This document shows positions 46,484-56,281 of a stretch of 64,000 nt of DNA, one piece after another. The DNA lies in the NCBI GenBank assembly GCA_963804955.1, contig CAWDSQ010000008.1:113757-177756 (forward strand). The letters are read 5' to 3'. The translations under genes were made by a program, and so were the position numbers. How positions within the stretch are numbered: the stretch's first letter is position 1; every line of letters starts with the position of its first letter. The stretch comes from an uncultured delta proteobacterium. GTDB taxonomy: Bacteria > Desulfobacterota > WTBG01 > CAIYCZ01 > CAIRTM01. The notes under the pieces are model-generated. The model was not told the DNA's origin and searched no databases. It saw only the letters and a list, made by a program, of their open reading frames with translations.

Positions 46484-48043
46484 GTGAAAAAAACAATACC
46501 CGTAAAAAAAATGATTTTATATGGGTACACACTTTCCATCGTTTTGTGCATTGCCATAAGCGTATTCTCGATAGTGCAGTTCAAAACGACGATTCGTGCA
46601 ACGGAAAAAATGTCTGGTGGAACTGTACCGTTTTTGCTGAAGGTAAAAGATACGGCAAAGGATATTCCTTTGCTGCGGTGCTATGAAAAAGATTTTTTCA
46701 TGAACATGGGGAATCCTGATGTTCAGGAAAGTAAGCTTAAAAATTTCAATGCCGCACAGGCCCAGATACACGCAAAGCTAGATGAACTCTCAAAAATGCT
46801 TGCCGATATACAGGGTGCAGCAGATGACACAGCACAGCACCTTGCCTCTGCAAAGGGACATCTTGATCGGTACTCCCGGGGCTTTTACGATGTTGTACGG
46901 GAAACACGGGAAAACGCCGGCGGCACGACTGCATCATCAAACCTGCTTATGGAAAAACACGCCCCGCAGAGCGCTGCTGCTGAACAAAACTTCAGCGCCA
47001 TCAGTACGGCAGTAACACAGCTGTATGCTGCTAATTCTGCAGAACTCATGCAGCAGGCGGACCGCTCCTATATGATAATTCTTGTTACACTCCTTGCCGG
47101 CATCATTTTGCTGACGACTATGTCCTATTCTGTGGGGGCATATATCGTTGGGCATCTTACCCTCGCAATGGATTGCCTTAAGGAAACCTCAGGGGAAGTG
47201 AGCAGAGCTTCAATGCAAATTGCGGCCTCAAGCATGCAGATGGCCAATGGGGCAAATGACCAGGCGGCATCCATCCAAGTAACCTCGGCATCACTTGGGG
47301 TGATGTCTGCCATGACAGGGCAGAATGCCGGCAATGCCCGCCTGGCAAATGACATAATCAAGGAAGCAACTGATGCCGCCCTGCGGGGGGAGAGTGCCAT
47401 TCAGGATATGGTTGCGTCTATGGGGCGCATCAAATCATCGACCGGCGAAACCTCAAAAATATTGAAAACTATTGAGGAAATAGCCTTTCAGACAAACATC
47501 CTGGCACTCAATGCGGCCATAGAGGCGGCGCGCGCAGGAGAAGTCGGGCAGGGATTTGCGGCTGTTGCCAACGAGGTACGCAACCTTGCCAACCGCAGCG
47601 CTGAAGCCGCACAAATAACAGCCGGCCTGCTTGATGAATCACAGGCAAACGCAGACAACGGCACGCGGCTTGCTGGGGAGATATCAAAGCTGTTCGGCAC
47701 AATTGTAGGTCAAATCAAAAATGTCAACGAACTGTCCTGCGAGGTCGCTGCCGGCAACAATGAACAGGCAGGGGGCATTGACCAGATCAATCTGGCCCTT
47801 GCAAAGGTCACGGGGGTTACCCATGACAATGCAGCTAATGCAGAAGAATCATCAGCCTTCTGCCAGGAACTTGCATCGCAGGCCAGAGCCCTTGAAAATA
47901 TTGTAATTGATATTACAGCGCTGATTGGTAGCAAGTCGCTTGCGGGAAGGCGGGGTGATGCCAGTTTGAGTGCCGTAATATGGAATTTGGGCAGCAACAG
48001 CCAAGCATATGCACAAGAGGTTATATTTAGCGCTCAGATATAG
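46484..48043 (+). CDS. methyl-accepting chemotaxis protein
   Basis: two TM segments; [34 protein letters not shown]. Confidence 0.93.
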   Translation: MKKTIPVKKMILYGYTLSIVLCIAISVFSIVQFKTTIRATEKMSGGTVPFLLKVKDTAKDIPLLRCYEKDFFMNMGNPDVQESKLKNFNAAQAQIHAKLDELSKMLADIQGAADDTAQHLASAKGHLDRYSRGFYDVVRETRENAGGTTASSNLLMEKHAPQSAAAEQNFSAISTAVTQLYAANSAELMQQADRSYMIILVTLLAGIILLTTMSYSVGAYIVGHLTLAMDCLKETSGEVSRASMQIAASSMQMANGANDQAASIQVTSASLGVMSAMTGQNAGNARLANDIIKEATDAALRGESAIQDMVASMGRIKSSTGETSKILKTIEEIAFQTNILALNAAIEAARAGEVGQGFAAVANEVRNLANRSAEAAQITAGLLDESQANADNGTRLAGEISKLFGTIVGQIKNVNELSCEVAAGNNEQAGGIDQINLALAKVTGVTHDNAANAEESSAFCQELASQARALENIVIDITALIGSKSLAGRRGDASLSAVIWNLGSNSQAYAQEVIFSAQI

Positions 48044-48322
48044 TAGTTCAGAGTAAGGCGTCAAACGACCCCTCCCGCCTCCCGCTGTCTTGGCCGCTTT
48101 TCACGTCCCGCCCATTGGGGATCACTGTTTCAGGTATTTACCTTAGCTCACCTCAACCCACGTCCTATATTCGCCCCATCAAAAAGCGATTTTTGTTTGT
48201 GGTTTGTGGGGTATATTTTGGTGAAGCTCTTTGAAGGCGGTTCATTAGGGTGTACAACGTCCCGGCAAGTGACTAGTTGCACTTCAGTGGATTCTGGTGT
48301 CATTTGGAAATTGCAACAGCAG

Positions 48323-48718
48323 TTAAGTAACCGCGTAAAACTTAACCTCGCTGGTCGATTTGGTGATGACAAAGATTCTTTCGTTATTGCTGTTAGGGTC
48401 AGCAGGGAAGACGATAAAACCCGGCCGGTTGGGTGTATATCCCTGAGTGTAGCCGATCAGGGTTTCGCAGTCCTTGAACACGACACGGATTTTTTTACCG
48501 AAACCTACGCGTTCGGCATCAATTTTTTCCTGATAGGCAGGATTGCCGACAAAGCTTTTAACGAAGAAGACTGCCTTCAAGTTGAGAAAATTGATCAGGG
48601 TATTGGTCCCCGTTTTTGTGTCTTTAACGTTAAAAGTCTCCTTGTTCGGGAAAAAGTCCTCGGTTGTTCCCTTCAGAATTTTGCCATCGACGAAATGGAG
48701 CACAACTTTATTTACCAT
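48323..48718 (-). CDS. conserved hypothetical protein with an internally duplicated beta domain
   Basis: KVVLHFVDGKILKG..F.P and KIRVVFKD.E.L.G...Y.P repeats; aggagg RBS. Confidence 0.7.
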   Translation of the reverse strand: MVNKVVLHFVDGKILKGTTEDFFPNKETFNVKDTKTGTNTLINFLNLKAVFFVKSFVGNPAYQEKIDAERVGFGKKIRVVFKDCETLIGYTQGYTPNRPGFIVFPADPNSNNERIFVITKSTSEVKFYAVT

Positions 48719-49746
48719 TACCGATCCTCCTGATCGTTTTTTGACTTGCAGTGATTTTATCGGTAGCCGGACTTAACACTTAAGTTGCTTAGGCAGATGT
48801 TGTTAATGGGAAATGCGCTCCCTTTAAGAACATACATTTGATGCCCATATATGGCTTGCCACCATGTGTTCATTAGGAGTAAATCTTTATGACAACTAGT
48901 GTTCATTTTGAACATATTGGCTGAAATAAACCCGCTCTTTTATGAGTAACCCAGAGTTGAATTGCGGATATGTATATAATAAAAAACAATTCTTTTTTGT
49001 ACTGGAATTTAAGAAAAAATAAGTTTTTTCAATATTATTATCGAAGCTATTAGCGTTTTTCAGGTTACTTTATCCTTATAAATGAATAGAATTTTTATGG
49101 CACAGTATGTGTATATTATAAAGATAAGTGAACTCCAGTGACAATGTGAGATGCAGTTACTGTTATTGATAAAAGATCGACAAGTTTTAGCAACCATAAG
49201 AGAGGGAGATAAACGATCATGAGTCCACTCATTGCAGCTAAACAAACCGGAAAAGAAATTGTAATAGCCATTTTGACATCCATTGGCTCCTTTTTCAGTC
49301 GGTTGTTTCGGAGAAAACAGCTGGAGCAGCAGCGAGCAAAAGATAGGGGATGTTGTTTTTGACCTAGAGAACCGTTTACGGAAGGTAACAATCGAGCTTC
49401 TGCGCGCCAAGGAGTTATCACCATCAAGGGTCCAGGAACTGACGCAAGAGAAGAACAAGCTGTTTGCGGAAATTGATGCCTTGAACCGTACCACTGGGGT
49501 TAATAGCACCCTCTGCTCATCAGTTCTTTAATAAGTTTATTGCACGCGCTCCTTCAGCTTTCATTTCCGTCAAAGTTTTGCGATGGCAACGAAAGATGAG
49601 ATGTGTGCGACACAGCATTAATGTTTTGGCTGGATTATCTAAAAATCACGCGATAAGTTGAGTTTAACTCCGAAGAAAAATTGCTTCTTACGCCAGGCAC
49701 AGATTATGTTGTAAAATTTTAAACCAGGACAGAAACAATGCAGAAC

Positions 49747-50110
49747 ATGGAAGAATCTATATATGCAAAGATGCGCGACAAGGAACGCTTCAATATCGAC
49801 CTCAAAGCTACCTACATTATCAAGGGGCAGGGTACACAGCATCAGGAATGCCAGATCGCCAATCTGAGCTCAAGTGGTGCTACAGTCCTACTTCCCGCTC
49901 ACTGAAAGTCTTAAGAAAGGAGCTGTTATTGTAATGGATATTTCCATACCGAACACGATTATGCATATTCCTGCTGAGGCCGCAATCATGTGGACCAAGC
50001 AGCGCCCCAATGAATTGATAAGCGGCATCAGGTTCAAGGCCATACTCAGTGCTACCATGATCCAACAACTCGTTAAAAAGACGTTGGAAGTATCTTATGC
50101 GGTCCAGTAA
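49747..50110 (+). CDS. PilZ-domain (c-di-GMP binding) protein (frameshift ~49885)
   Basis: RDKER (RxxxR) and NLSSSG (D/NxSxxG) motifs, then W...GIRF. Confidence 0.75.
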
Positions 50111-50162
50111 AAAGTCGTAATGGTAAATTTGAGTAACGAGTCAAGGACTCAATTATATTGTG
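50102..50162 (+). repeat. island arm F0 (degenerate forward copy)
   Basis: gtccagtaa-aaagt-CGTAATGGTAAATTTG-N16-CTCAATTATATTGTG. Confidence 0.55.
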
Positions 50163-50285
50163 ATGTGATGAAAGCTGAAGTTCATTGGCGGTAAGAAATA
50201 ACAGCGCACTTGTCGTTTAGTATGGCGATGTTAAAAAGATCGGAGTGTCCGACACTCTTAAATTCCGGCTTTATAGTTGGGCAAT

Positions 50286-50849
50286 TCATTTCTTTCCGGC
50301 CAACAATGCAACCAGCAACTTGTTTTCTTGCATCATCAGATTCATCATCTTCAGTTGGGCATTATTAGCTTGATATATCTGATAGTAAACCGATTGGGCC
50401 TTATCGGAATTGACAGCTTTCACGTAGTCTGTAAAAGTCTCAGCCCTTTTGGTTTCTATTTCCATGACTACCTTTAATGCCTCAGCAGAGGCTTCCTGCC
50501 GCTGCATCCGCTCATCGATGCTAAAATATAAGTCTACTGTTAGCAGCCCTGTGATGATCAATAGCAGGACCGTTGAGGCCTTGATACGCCTGGTTTTTTC
50601 TTGCTGGTGATGTTCACTGGGGCGAACTTTATCTTTCGTTCTTTGGGTTCTTATTGGTTCTTTTTGCTGTATGTTTAATCCAGCTATATCTTCCGGCTTT
50701 TCATTTTTCAATTCTTCAGCCCCAATCTTTTGCCTTTCTTCCAATTTTGCAAAATGTTTTTCGATAATCACACCGCATTCTGGACATATATTAAAATCTT
50801 CATCTGCGCTGTAGTAATTGCATTTGGGACAAAACGTGGTGTTTCCCAT
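50286..50849 (-). CDS. hypothetical zinc-ribbon membrane protein
   Basis: N-terminal CPKC..CPECG, one TM segment, coiled-coil C-terminus. Confidence 0.7.
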   Translation of the reverse strand: MGNTTFCPKCNYYSADEDFNICPECGVIIEKHFAKLEERQKIGAEELKNEKPEDIAGLNIQQKEPIRTQRTKDKVRPSEHHQQEKTRRIKASTVLLLIITGLLTVDLYFSIDERMQRQEASAEALKVVMEIETKRAETFTDYVKAVNSDKAQSVYYQIYQANNAQLKMMNLMMQENKLLVALLAGKK

Positions 50850-51019
50850 AGAGCCGTCACCCCTATTTAAATAGTTACTCCGATACTTTATAGAGAACTT
50901 TGTAATTTTTAACTCTAGACCTACAGACCATATTGCAAATGTTAAGAATATTGTCAAATCTATTCGGTCTAATTGTTGGAATGAATATTTTTGGGTTCTC
51001 GTGCGTAAAAAGGCATAAT

Positions 51020-51064
51020 TTCAACATATAGCAGTTATGCCTTTTTCTTAAAGTGCATATTACA
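51020..51064 (-). repeat. island arm R0 (inverted copy, upstream of the integrase)
   Basis: TTCAACATATAGCA-gttatgcctttttctt-AAAGTGCATATTACA-tgata; aligns with 55917-55968. Confidence 0.7.
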
Positions 51065-51187
51065 TGATACGTCTACCTATCGCTTTCTCTATAGCATAGT
51101 CTACATTACAAATCAGTAACCTTGTAAGGTCATAGAATCAGGACCTTACGTATATTTATTAACATCATGCATGAAGGGAGCTGTATT

Positions 51188-52025
51188 ATGAAAGTATCAC
51201 AGGCAGAAAAATGTTTCATTGATTACCACAGGCTAAATTCTAAAAAAAAATACGCTTATAAATTATGAGGCCCTGTTATCAAAATTCCTTGTAGGATTTG
51301 GCGAGAGGGAATTAGGCACTATTACCTCCGAAGAGATTTTGTTCTTTTTAACCAACCAGAGCAATAGCAAAAAGCAATCCACAAAAAGATTACGTTATAC
51401 CCTCCTGAAATCATTTTTCAATTTTATTGAAAATACGGTCGATAGCAAAATACAAAATCCTTGCAATACCCCGTTATTAAAAAAAATGTTCAGGATAAGA
51501 CAGACTGTCCAATGGTCAATCCTGGAAAAGGAATCAGTGGATGAAATGATATTCAAAACAGTGCGCCCGAGAAACCGACTTTTGCTGGAACTCATGGCCC
51601 GTGGCGGTATGAGAATTGGTGAAGTGTTAAAAATAAGGGCGAAAGATATTGAGGAGCGAAAAATCATCCTGCATGAACCCAAAAGCGGCAAGGAAACTGA
51701 AGGTGTATTCATTCCGCAAAAAATAGCTGACCGGCTGAAAGACTATATTCGCAACGAGGGGATCAAGGCTGATCAGAGGGTTTTTCCGTTAGTGTATGCA
51801 GGAGCAAGAGCAGTTGTGCGCGAGGCTGGCAAACTGGCAGGAATTACGCTTACTCCTCATGATCTGAGACGGCATGCTGCAACATTTGCTTCACGATCAG
51901 GAACACCATTAGAAATTGTAAGCAAAGTTATTTTAAGACATTCAAACTTGGCGACAACGCAGCGATATTTGGGCAAGGTCAGTGATGCAGAAGCAGTGCG
52001 GTGGATTGAACATCTTTATGGCTAA
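51188..52025 (+). CDS. tyrosine recombinase / site-specific integrase (frameshift in the A-run at 51242-51250)
   Basis: SAM-like N-terminus MKVSQA..NY..LLSKF; catalytic GMRIGE (R), KSGK (K), HDLRRH (HxxR), LRHSN..TTQRY (H, Y). Confidence 0.93.
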
Positions 52026-52032
52026 GAATCAA

Positions 52033-52072
52033 GGGCCAGGGGTGAATGTGTTATGGCCTTTGCCCCTGGCCC
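52033..52072 (+). terminator. hairpin after the integrase stop
   Basis: gggccagggg ... cccctggccc 10-bp stem; no clear U-tract. Confidence 0.45.
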
Positions 52073-52089
52073 ATACATAACGCAAAATG

Positions 52090-52193
52090 TGCATATTGCT
52101 TTTGGTAACCTTGAATTTTCAGGGGTCTATTTGTCCAGTAAGAGAGCCGTAGTGTTGAATTTTTGGGGCAAATCAAGAGCACAAGATGTTGGG
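52090..52193 (+). repeat. island repeat copy 1 (conserved ~60-bp flank plus arm F1)
   Basis: tgcatatt..tttggtaaccttgaatttt..tttgtccagtaagagagc-CGTAGTGTTGAATTTT-N16-CACAAGATGTTGGG. Confidence 0.85.
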
Positions 52194-52589
52194 ATATATC
52201 CCGCTTCCGCCTTTTCCTATTTTCCCATCCGTCCAAGATTTTTCTTATTTACTAAATATTCTATAGTAAAAAACATGAAATAATTTTTTTTTGTGCTAAA
52301 TAGAATTTATAAAGGCCCTTGTCAATGGGGGGTAGTGGATTTTGATTTTGATACCTGAAATCATCTGATGTTCCTTTTTCTTAGTTCCCCAAATTAATTT
52401 AATCAATAGCAGTACTAACAGCATCCCCTGAAACGGGGGTGTTTTTTGTACTTTCTTCGTAACAAAGAGATAACCACCGTTCTCATGTTTTGCGTAAAAA
52501 CGCAGGGACGTGTTGTAGGTGTGCAAAGAAAATAGGGAGGGACGGCATGTACTTTTCCCGTTTCACCTTTAATTAAAGGAGGTGTTTCT

Positions 52590-54098
52590 ATGAAGAAAGT
52601 TGTTTTTGCCCTATTGTGCATCGTGGTTTGTGCATTGTGCTCATCTACTGCCAAGGCTTGGCTGGTTCCAGACACGGGTGACCCGAACGAGCGCAACTGC
52701 AACACCCATTCCTACACTGATCTCGGCAGCGGTATCATTAAAGACCATGTTACCGGACTTATGTGGCAGAAAGCGACAGCCCCGGGGACCTATACCTGGC
52801 AGCAGGCAGTGGATTACTGCAATAATCTCAGTCTCGGCGGCCATACAGACTGGCATTTGCCCACCGTTAAGGAAATATCAACTCTTGTGGATGTCAGTAT
52901 CAAGTTTCCTGGTCCCCTTATCAACTCGACCTATTTTCCTAACACTGAACAGTCCGATTACTGGTCGTCTACGACCTTCTCTGATACTCCAGACTCCGCG
53001 TATTTTATGGATTTCGAGAACGGTATCGTCTACGGCTACAAAGATAAAATTGAAAATTCATATGTGCGTGCGGTGCGGGGTAATTCAGCACCTAATAATT
53101 TCGTCGATAATGGCGATGGCACAATAACCGATACCAGTACAGGCCTTATGTGGGAAAAATTAGCGCAATCGACTACCTATTTTTGGACCCAGGCAAAGGA
53201 CTATTGTGAAAACCTGATCCTTGGGGAAAAGAGCGACTGGCGGCTCCCAACAAGAAACGAGTTGCAGACGATAGTTGATTATACTCGCAAAAAACCGTCT
53301 ATTGATACCACTTTCTTTCCAGACACCGCGGGGGTGTCCGATTACGATTACTGGTCGTCTACTAAGTACGCTAACGATCCAGACGAAACAGAACAAGTAT
53401 GGTACGTGAACTTCTATAGTGGCTACATCAACCACACGGGTAAGAGGAATTACAACTTTGTTCGCGCGGTGCGTGCGGGACTGTGCGGGCCATTCTATTG
53501 TCCGATAACTGATGTGCTTGGTGCGGATAATCCGAAACTTAAAAATCTGCGGGCATTTCGCGATAGCAAATTTGCCCAAAATACGGTAGGCCGAAAAATT
53601 ATAGCAATCTATTACAACAACGCTGATAGCATAAATGCCGCCCTTGAGAAGAGCCCAGCTCTAAGGACAGTTTTCAAAAGAGTTCTTGAAGTGATTGCAC
53701 CGATTTTGGAAGGTAGAAAAGTTTCACATTTGAAACCCCACAAGGAGGAAGCCATGAAAAGGAAACTCATATTGGTTGCTCTTGTAGCGGCATTAATGTC
53801 TGGATGCATATATATGCCCGCTGGATTTGCTCCGTCATCAACACCTGTAGACAATAAAAAAATTACAGTTATTGGTCATGCTGAAGGAAGCACAGGGTAT
53901 TTTTCACTTTTTAGCGTTATCCCTTTCGGAAGTCCCGATTATGAAGGCGCTATTAAAGATGCAACCGCATCAAAACCAGATGGCAGTGCCTTGATAAATG
54001 TTCATTCTTATACCAGATTCTTATGGGTTGTTGTTGGGCATATACAGACCCTGTATGTTCAAGGTGATGTTGTGCGTTTGTCTGATAAAACAAAATGA
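52590..54098 (+). CDS. secreted tandem DUF1566/Lcl (C-type-lectin-like) protein with a CTERM-like domain; reads in frame into a downstream lipoprotein
   Basis: signal peptide; two D..TGLMW..W..A..YC..L.LG...DW.LPT..E..YWSST..VRAVR repeats; CP....LG....L..LR.FRD..G..II.IYY tail. Confidence 0.85.
   Translation: MKKVVFALLCIVVCALCSSTAKAWLVPDTGDPNERNCNTHSYTDLGSGIIKDHVTGLMWQKATAPGTYTWQQAVDYCNNLSLGGHTDWHLPTVKEISTLVDVSIKFPGPLINSTYFPNTEQSDYWSSTTFSDTPDSAYFMDFENGIVYGYKDKIENSYVRAVRGNSAPNNFVDNGDGTITDTSTGLMWEKLAQSTTYFWTQAKDYCENLILGEKSDWRLPTRNELQTIVDYTRKKPSIDTTFFPDTAGVSDYDYWSSTKYANDPDETEQVWYVNFYSGYINHTGKRNYNFVRAVRAGLCGPFYCPITDVLGADNPKLKNLRAFRDSKFAQNTVGRKIIAIYYNNADSINAALEKSPALRTVFKRVLEVIAPILEGRKVSHLKPHKEEAMKRKLILVALVAALMSGCIYMPAGFAPSSTPVDNKKITVIGHAEGSTGYFSLFSVIPFGSPDYEGAIKDATASKPDGSALINVHSYTRFLWVVVGHIQTLYVQGDVVRLSDKTK
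53754..54098 (+). CDS. putative small lipoprotein with its own RBS
   Basis: aaggagg-aagcc-ATG; MKRKLILVALVAALMSGC lipobox. Confidence 0.7.
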   Translation: MKRKLILVALVAALMSGCIYMPAGFAPSSTPVDNKKITVIGHAEGSTGYFSLFSVIPFGSPDYEGAIKDATASKPDGSALINVHSYTRFLWVVVGHIQTLYVQGDVVRLSDKTK

Positions 54099-54211
54099 GA
54101 ATTAGAATTTTATAATCCTGCTTTAACCATTTTTTAATTATTCACATGCTATATTTTAATCAGAATAAAGAGAGAAATTGAGCAGCAAGAAAACCGTTCT
54201 TTAAACTGATA

Positions 54212-54357
54212 GTGCAGGGAGTGTGTTCCCCCCCCTTTTCATGCTCCCTGCACGAATCAGAACCCTAAAGCGAAAGGATTGTTGCAGAGTAGTAGAAGTA
54301 CAGAATTCCTCAAAAACGTGCAGGGAGAATGTTCCCCCCCCTCATTTTCCCTGCACG
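54212..54357 (+). ncRNA. candidate sRNA with two poly-C-loop hairpins
   Basis: gtgcagggagtgtg-ttC8tttt-catgctccctgcac and cgtgcagggagaatg-ttC8t-cattttccctgcacg, with pairing-preserving differences. Confidence 0.5.
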
Positions 54358-54468
54358 CCTCCTCCTTCAAGATACTTTCACATTCCGATAAATTTTAATC
54401 AGGTACTGGGTCATTAAATACGGGCTTGTTCTAGCTCTGCTATGATCGCAGTTAACCCACGCTGTTTT

Positions 54469-54575
54469 TGCATATTACGTTTGATAATCTTGAATTTTCG
54501 GGATTTTGTTTTGTCCAATCATTAAGAGCCGTAGTGTGGAGTTTTGGCGGGGTGGCAATGGCTCTAGATATTGTG
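54469..54575 (+). repeat. island repeat copy 2 (flank plus arm F2)
   Basis: tgcatattacgtttgataatcttgaattttcgggattttgttttgtcca..agagc-CGTAGTGTGGAGTTTT-N16-CTCTAGATATTGTG. Confidence 0.85.
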
Positions 54576-54735
54576 ATACGTCCTATTTATAATCAGAAGT
54601 CCCGCCTCGTTCCGACCTCGTATGCTGTCCAACCCAAAGTCCCACCTTTTTTGAGAAGAAGGTATTGTCGTTGACCTAAATATTAAATGTCATTATATGT
54701 GAACTATTACTACTACCTTTTAAGAAGGAGGGGAG

Positions 54736-55879
54736 ATGGCGAAAAAACGGACTGCTCAACCACACAGTACCGAAGCGCAGAAACTTCTTGATGCAAAGCT
54801 GCTTGCCTACTGCGCTGTGGCTTCAGGGGCGCTGCTGGCGGCACCGCCGGCCAAGAGGCTGCGGTTGTTTACAGCGGAGTGAAAAATCTGTCGGTCGGGA
54901 GATCCAACCCTACAGTATCAGTGGATCTTGACAGTAACGGTGTAAATGATGTGCGGTTTGCAGCTGCAAACTATCGTAGTTTCTATGCCGGTTATAAGGT
55001 TTTGCTAAGCCCGCTTAATGATAATTACTTTGATGGCAGTACCTTTGTTCGCTGTATTATGAGTATTGTGTCCCACAGAGCATCAAAGCGGTTAACCTTC
55101 CTGCTGCAGCTTCAATAGTTCCCTTTCTCTGCCCTGGAAGCACGATGAGGGTATCCTCAATATGCTTATCCCATATAGTCCTAATTGGGGTTCATTTATA
55201 AACACAACAGGTTATATAGGGGTGAAGTTGGACATCCTCAGTGAGAAGCATTTCGGCTGGATACAGTATCATGGAACGCTTCCCAGGTACTTCCACCCCT
55301 GTGTTCTGGCTGTAATGAAGCCAGCGGCACCATCATAGACTGGGCCTATGAGAGCACACCCGATACTCCCATTACGGCCGGACAGTTAACAGCCCTAGTT
55401 GATACAGACGGTCACGGTACTTCCCATGCCTCTGACAACTGCCCGGCAGTAGCCAACCCGCAGCAGCTTGATGCCGATAGTGATGGAGTGGGCGATGTGC
55501 GTGCGACAACGAACCTGGCTGCGGAGGCTGCGGTCTGCCTGCCAGTATATTGATACAGACGGAGATGGCATACAGAATTATTATGACAACTGCCCCTCTA
55601 CAGCCAACCCTCTGCAGAAAGATGCCGATGACGATGGCATAGGTGACACGTGCGACCCGACACCTGGTTGCGGTGGAGGGTGCGGCCAGCAGCCGTTATG
55701 CGAGCCGCCGGCAGATACAGATAGCGATTATGTCATGGACTCACTAGACAACTGCCCGAGCGACTTCAATCCCAACCAGCTTGACGCCAATGGTAACGGC
55801 ACAGGTGATTGCTGTGAACACTGACCCCGGCTGCGGGGGGGTAGGCCAGCCAGTATGCGATGATTTTTGCTCGTTGTAA
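54736..55879 (+). CDS. secreted thrombospondin type-3 (Ca-binding) repeat protein (multiply frameshifted)
   Basis: aaggagg RBS; GYIGVK..FGWIQY..IDWAYE domain; repeated DxDxDG..DNCP...NP.Q.D.DxDG.GD.C. Confidence 0.75.
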
Positions 55880-55916
55880 TTGAGTAAGCGATTGGTTAAA
55901 ATATTCAAGGCCTAAC

Positions 55917-56106
55917 TACTAGATATAGTGGTTGGGCCTTTTCTCTAAAGAGTCAACATTACGTGATAACGCTTTTACTGCAGTACCACAGTTGATTTAT
56001 TTTATGATACGTTTGGTAATGTTGAATTTTGAGGATTTTGTTTTGTCCAGTTAGAGAGCCGTAATGTGGACTTTTGGGCAGCAACTCATGGGCACAACAT
56101 ATGGTA
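55917..56106. repeat. back-to-back arms R2 + 96-bp spacer + F3 (~190-bp imperfect inverted repeat)
   Basis: TACTAGATATAGTG-N17-AAGAGTCAACATTACG ... gtttggtaatgttgaatttt..ttttgtccagttagagagc-CGTAATGTGGACTTTT-N17-CACAACATATGGTA. Confidence 0.85.
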
Positions 56107-56281
56107 TCATTTATATGTACTTCTTGAATAAAACTTGGCTTCATCCTTTGTTGGGCGTTTATTCAACCTTTAAATTGTTTCCATCATTAAAAACATTTAA
56201 TGCAATATACTACTATTTATATGATAAATCTGAGCAGTGTCCCTTGTGAAAAAAAATAATCAACTTTCATGAATCGGTATC

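Noticed and set aside
49060..49531. Overlapping short ORFs in the AT-rich gap
   Set aside because: No recognisable domain or clear RBS; possibly gene fragments.
51242..51250. Programmed frameshift or phase variation in the integrase A-run
   Set aside because: Cannot be told apart from the homopolymer errors seen throughout the window.
52590..53480. DGR target (DUF1566 C-type-lectin fold)
   Set aside because: No reverse transcriptase and no template repeat differing only at adenines seen in the window; the two domains are simply divergent paralogues.
54374..54392. Missing R arm closing the DUF1566 unit (tttcacattccgata)
   Set aside because: Only a weak 16-mer match, with no 14-mer box at the expected spacing.
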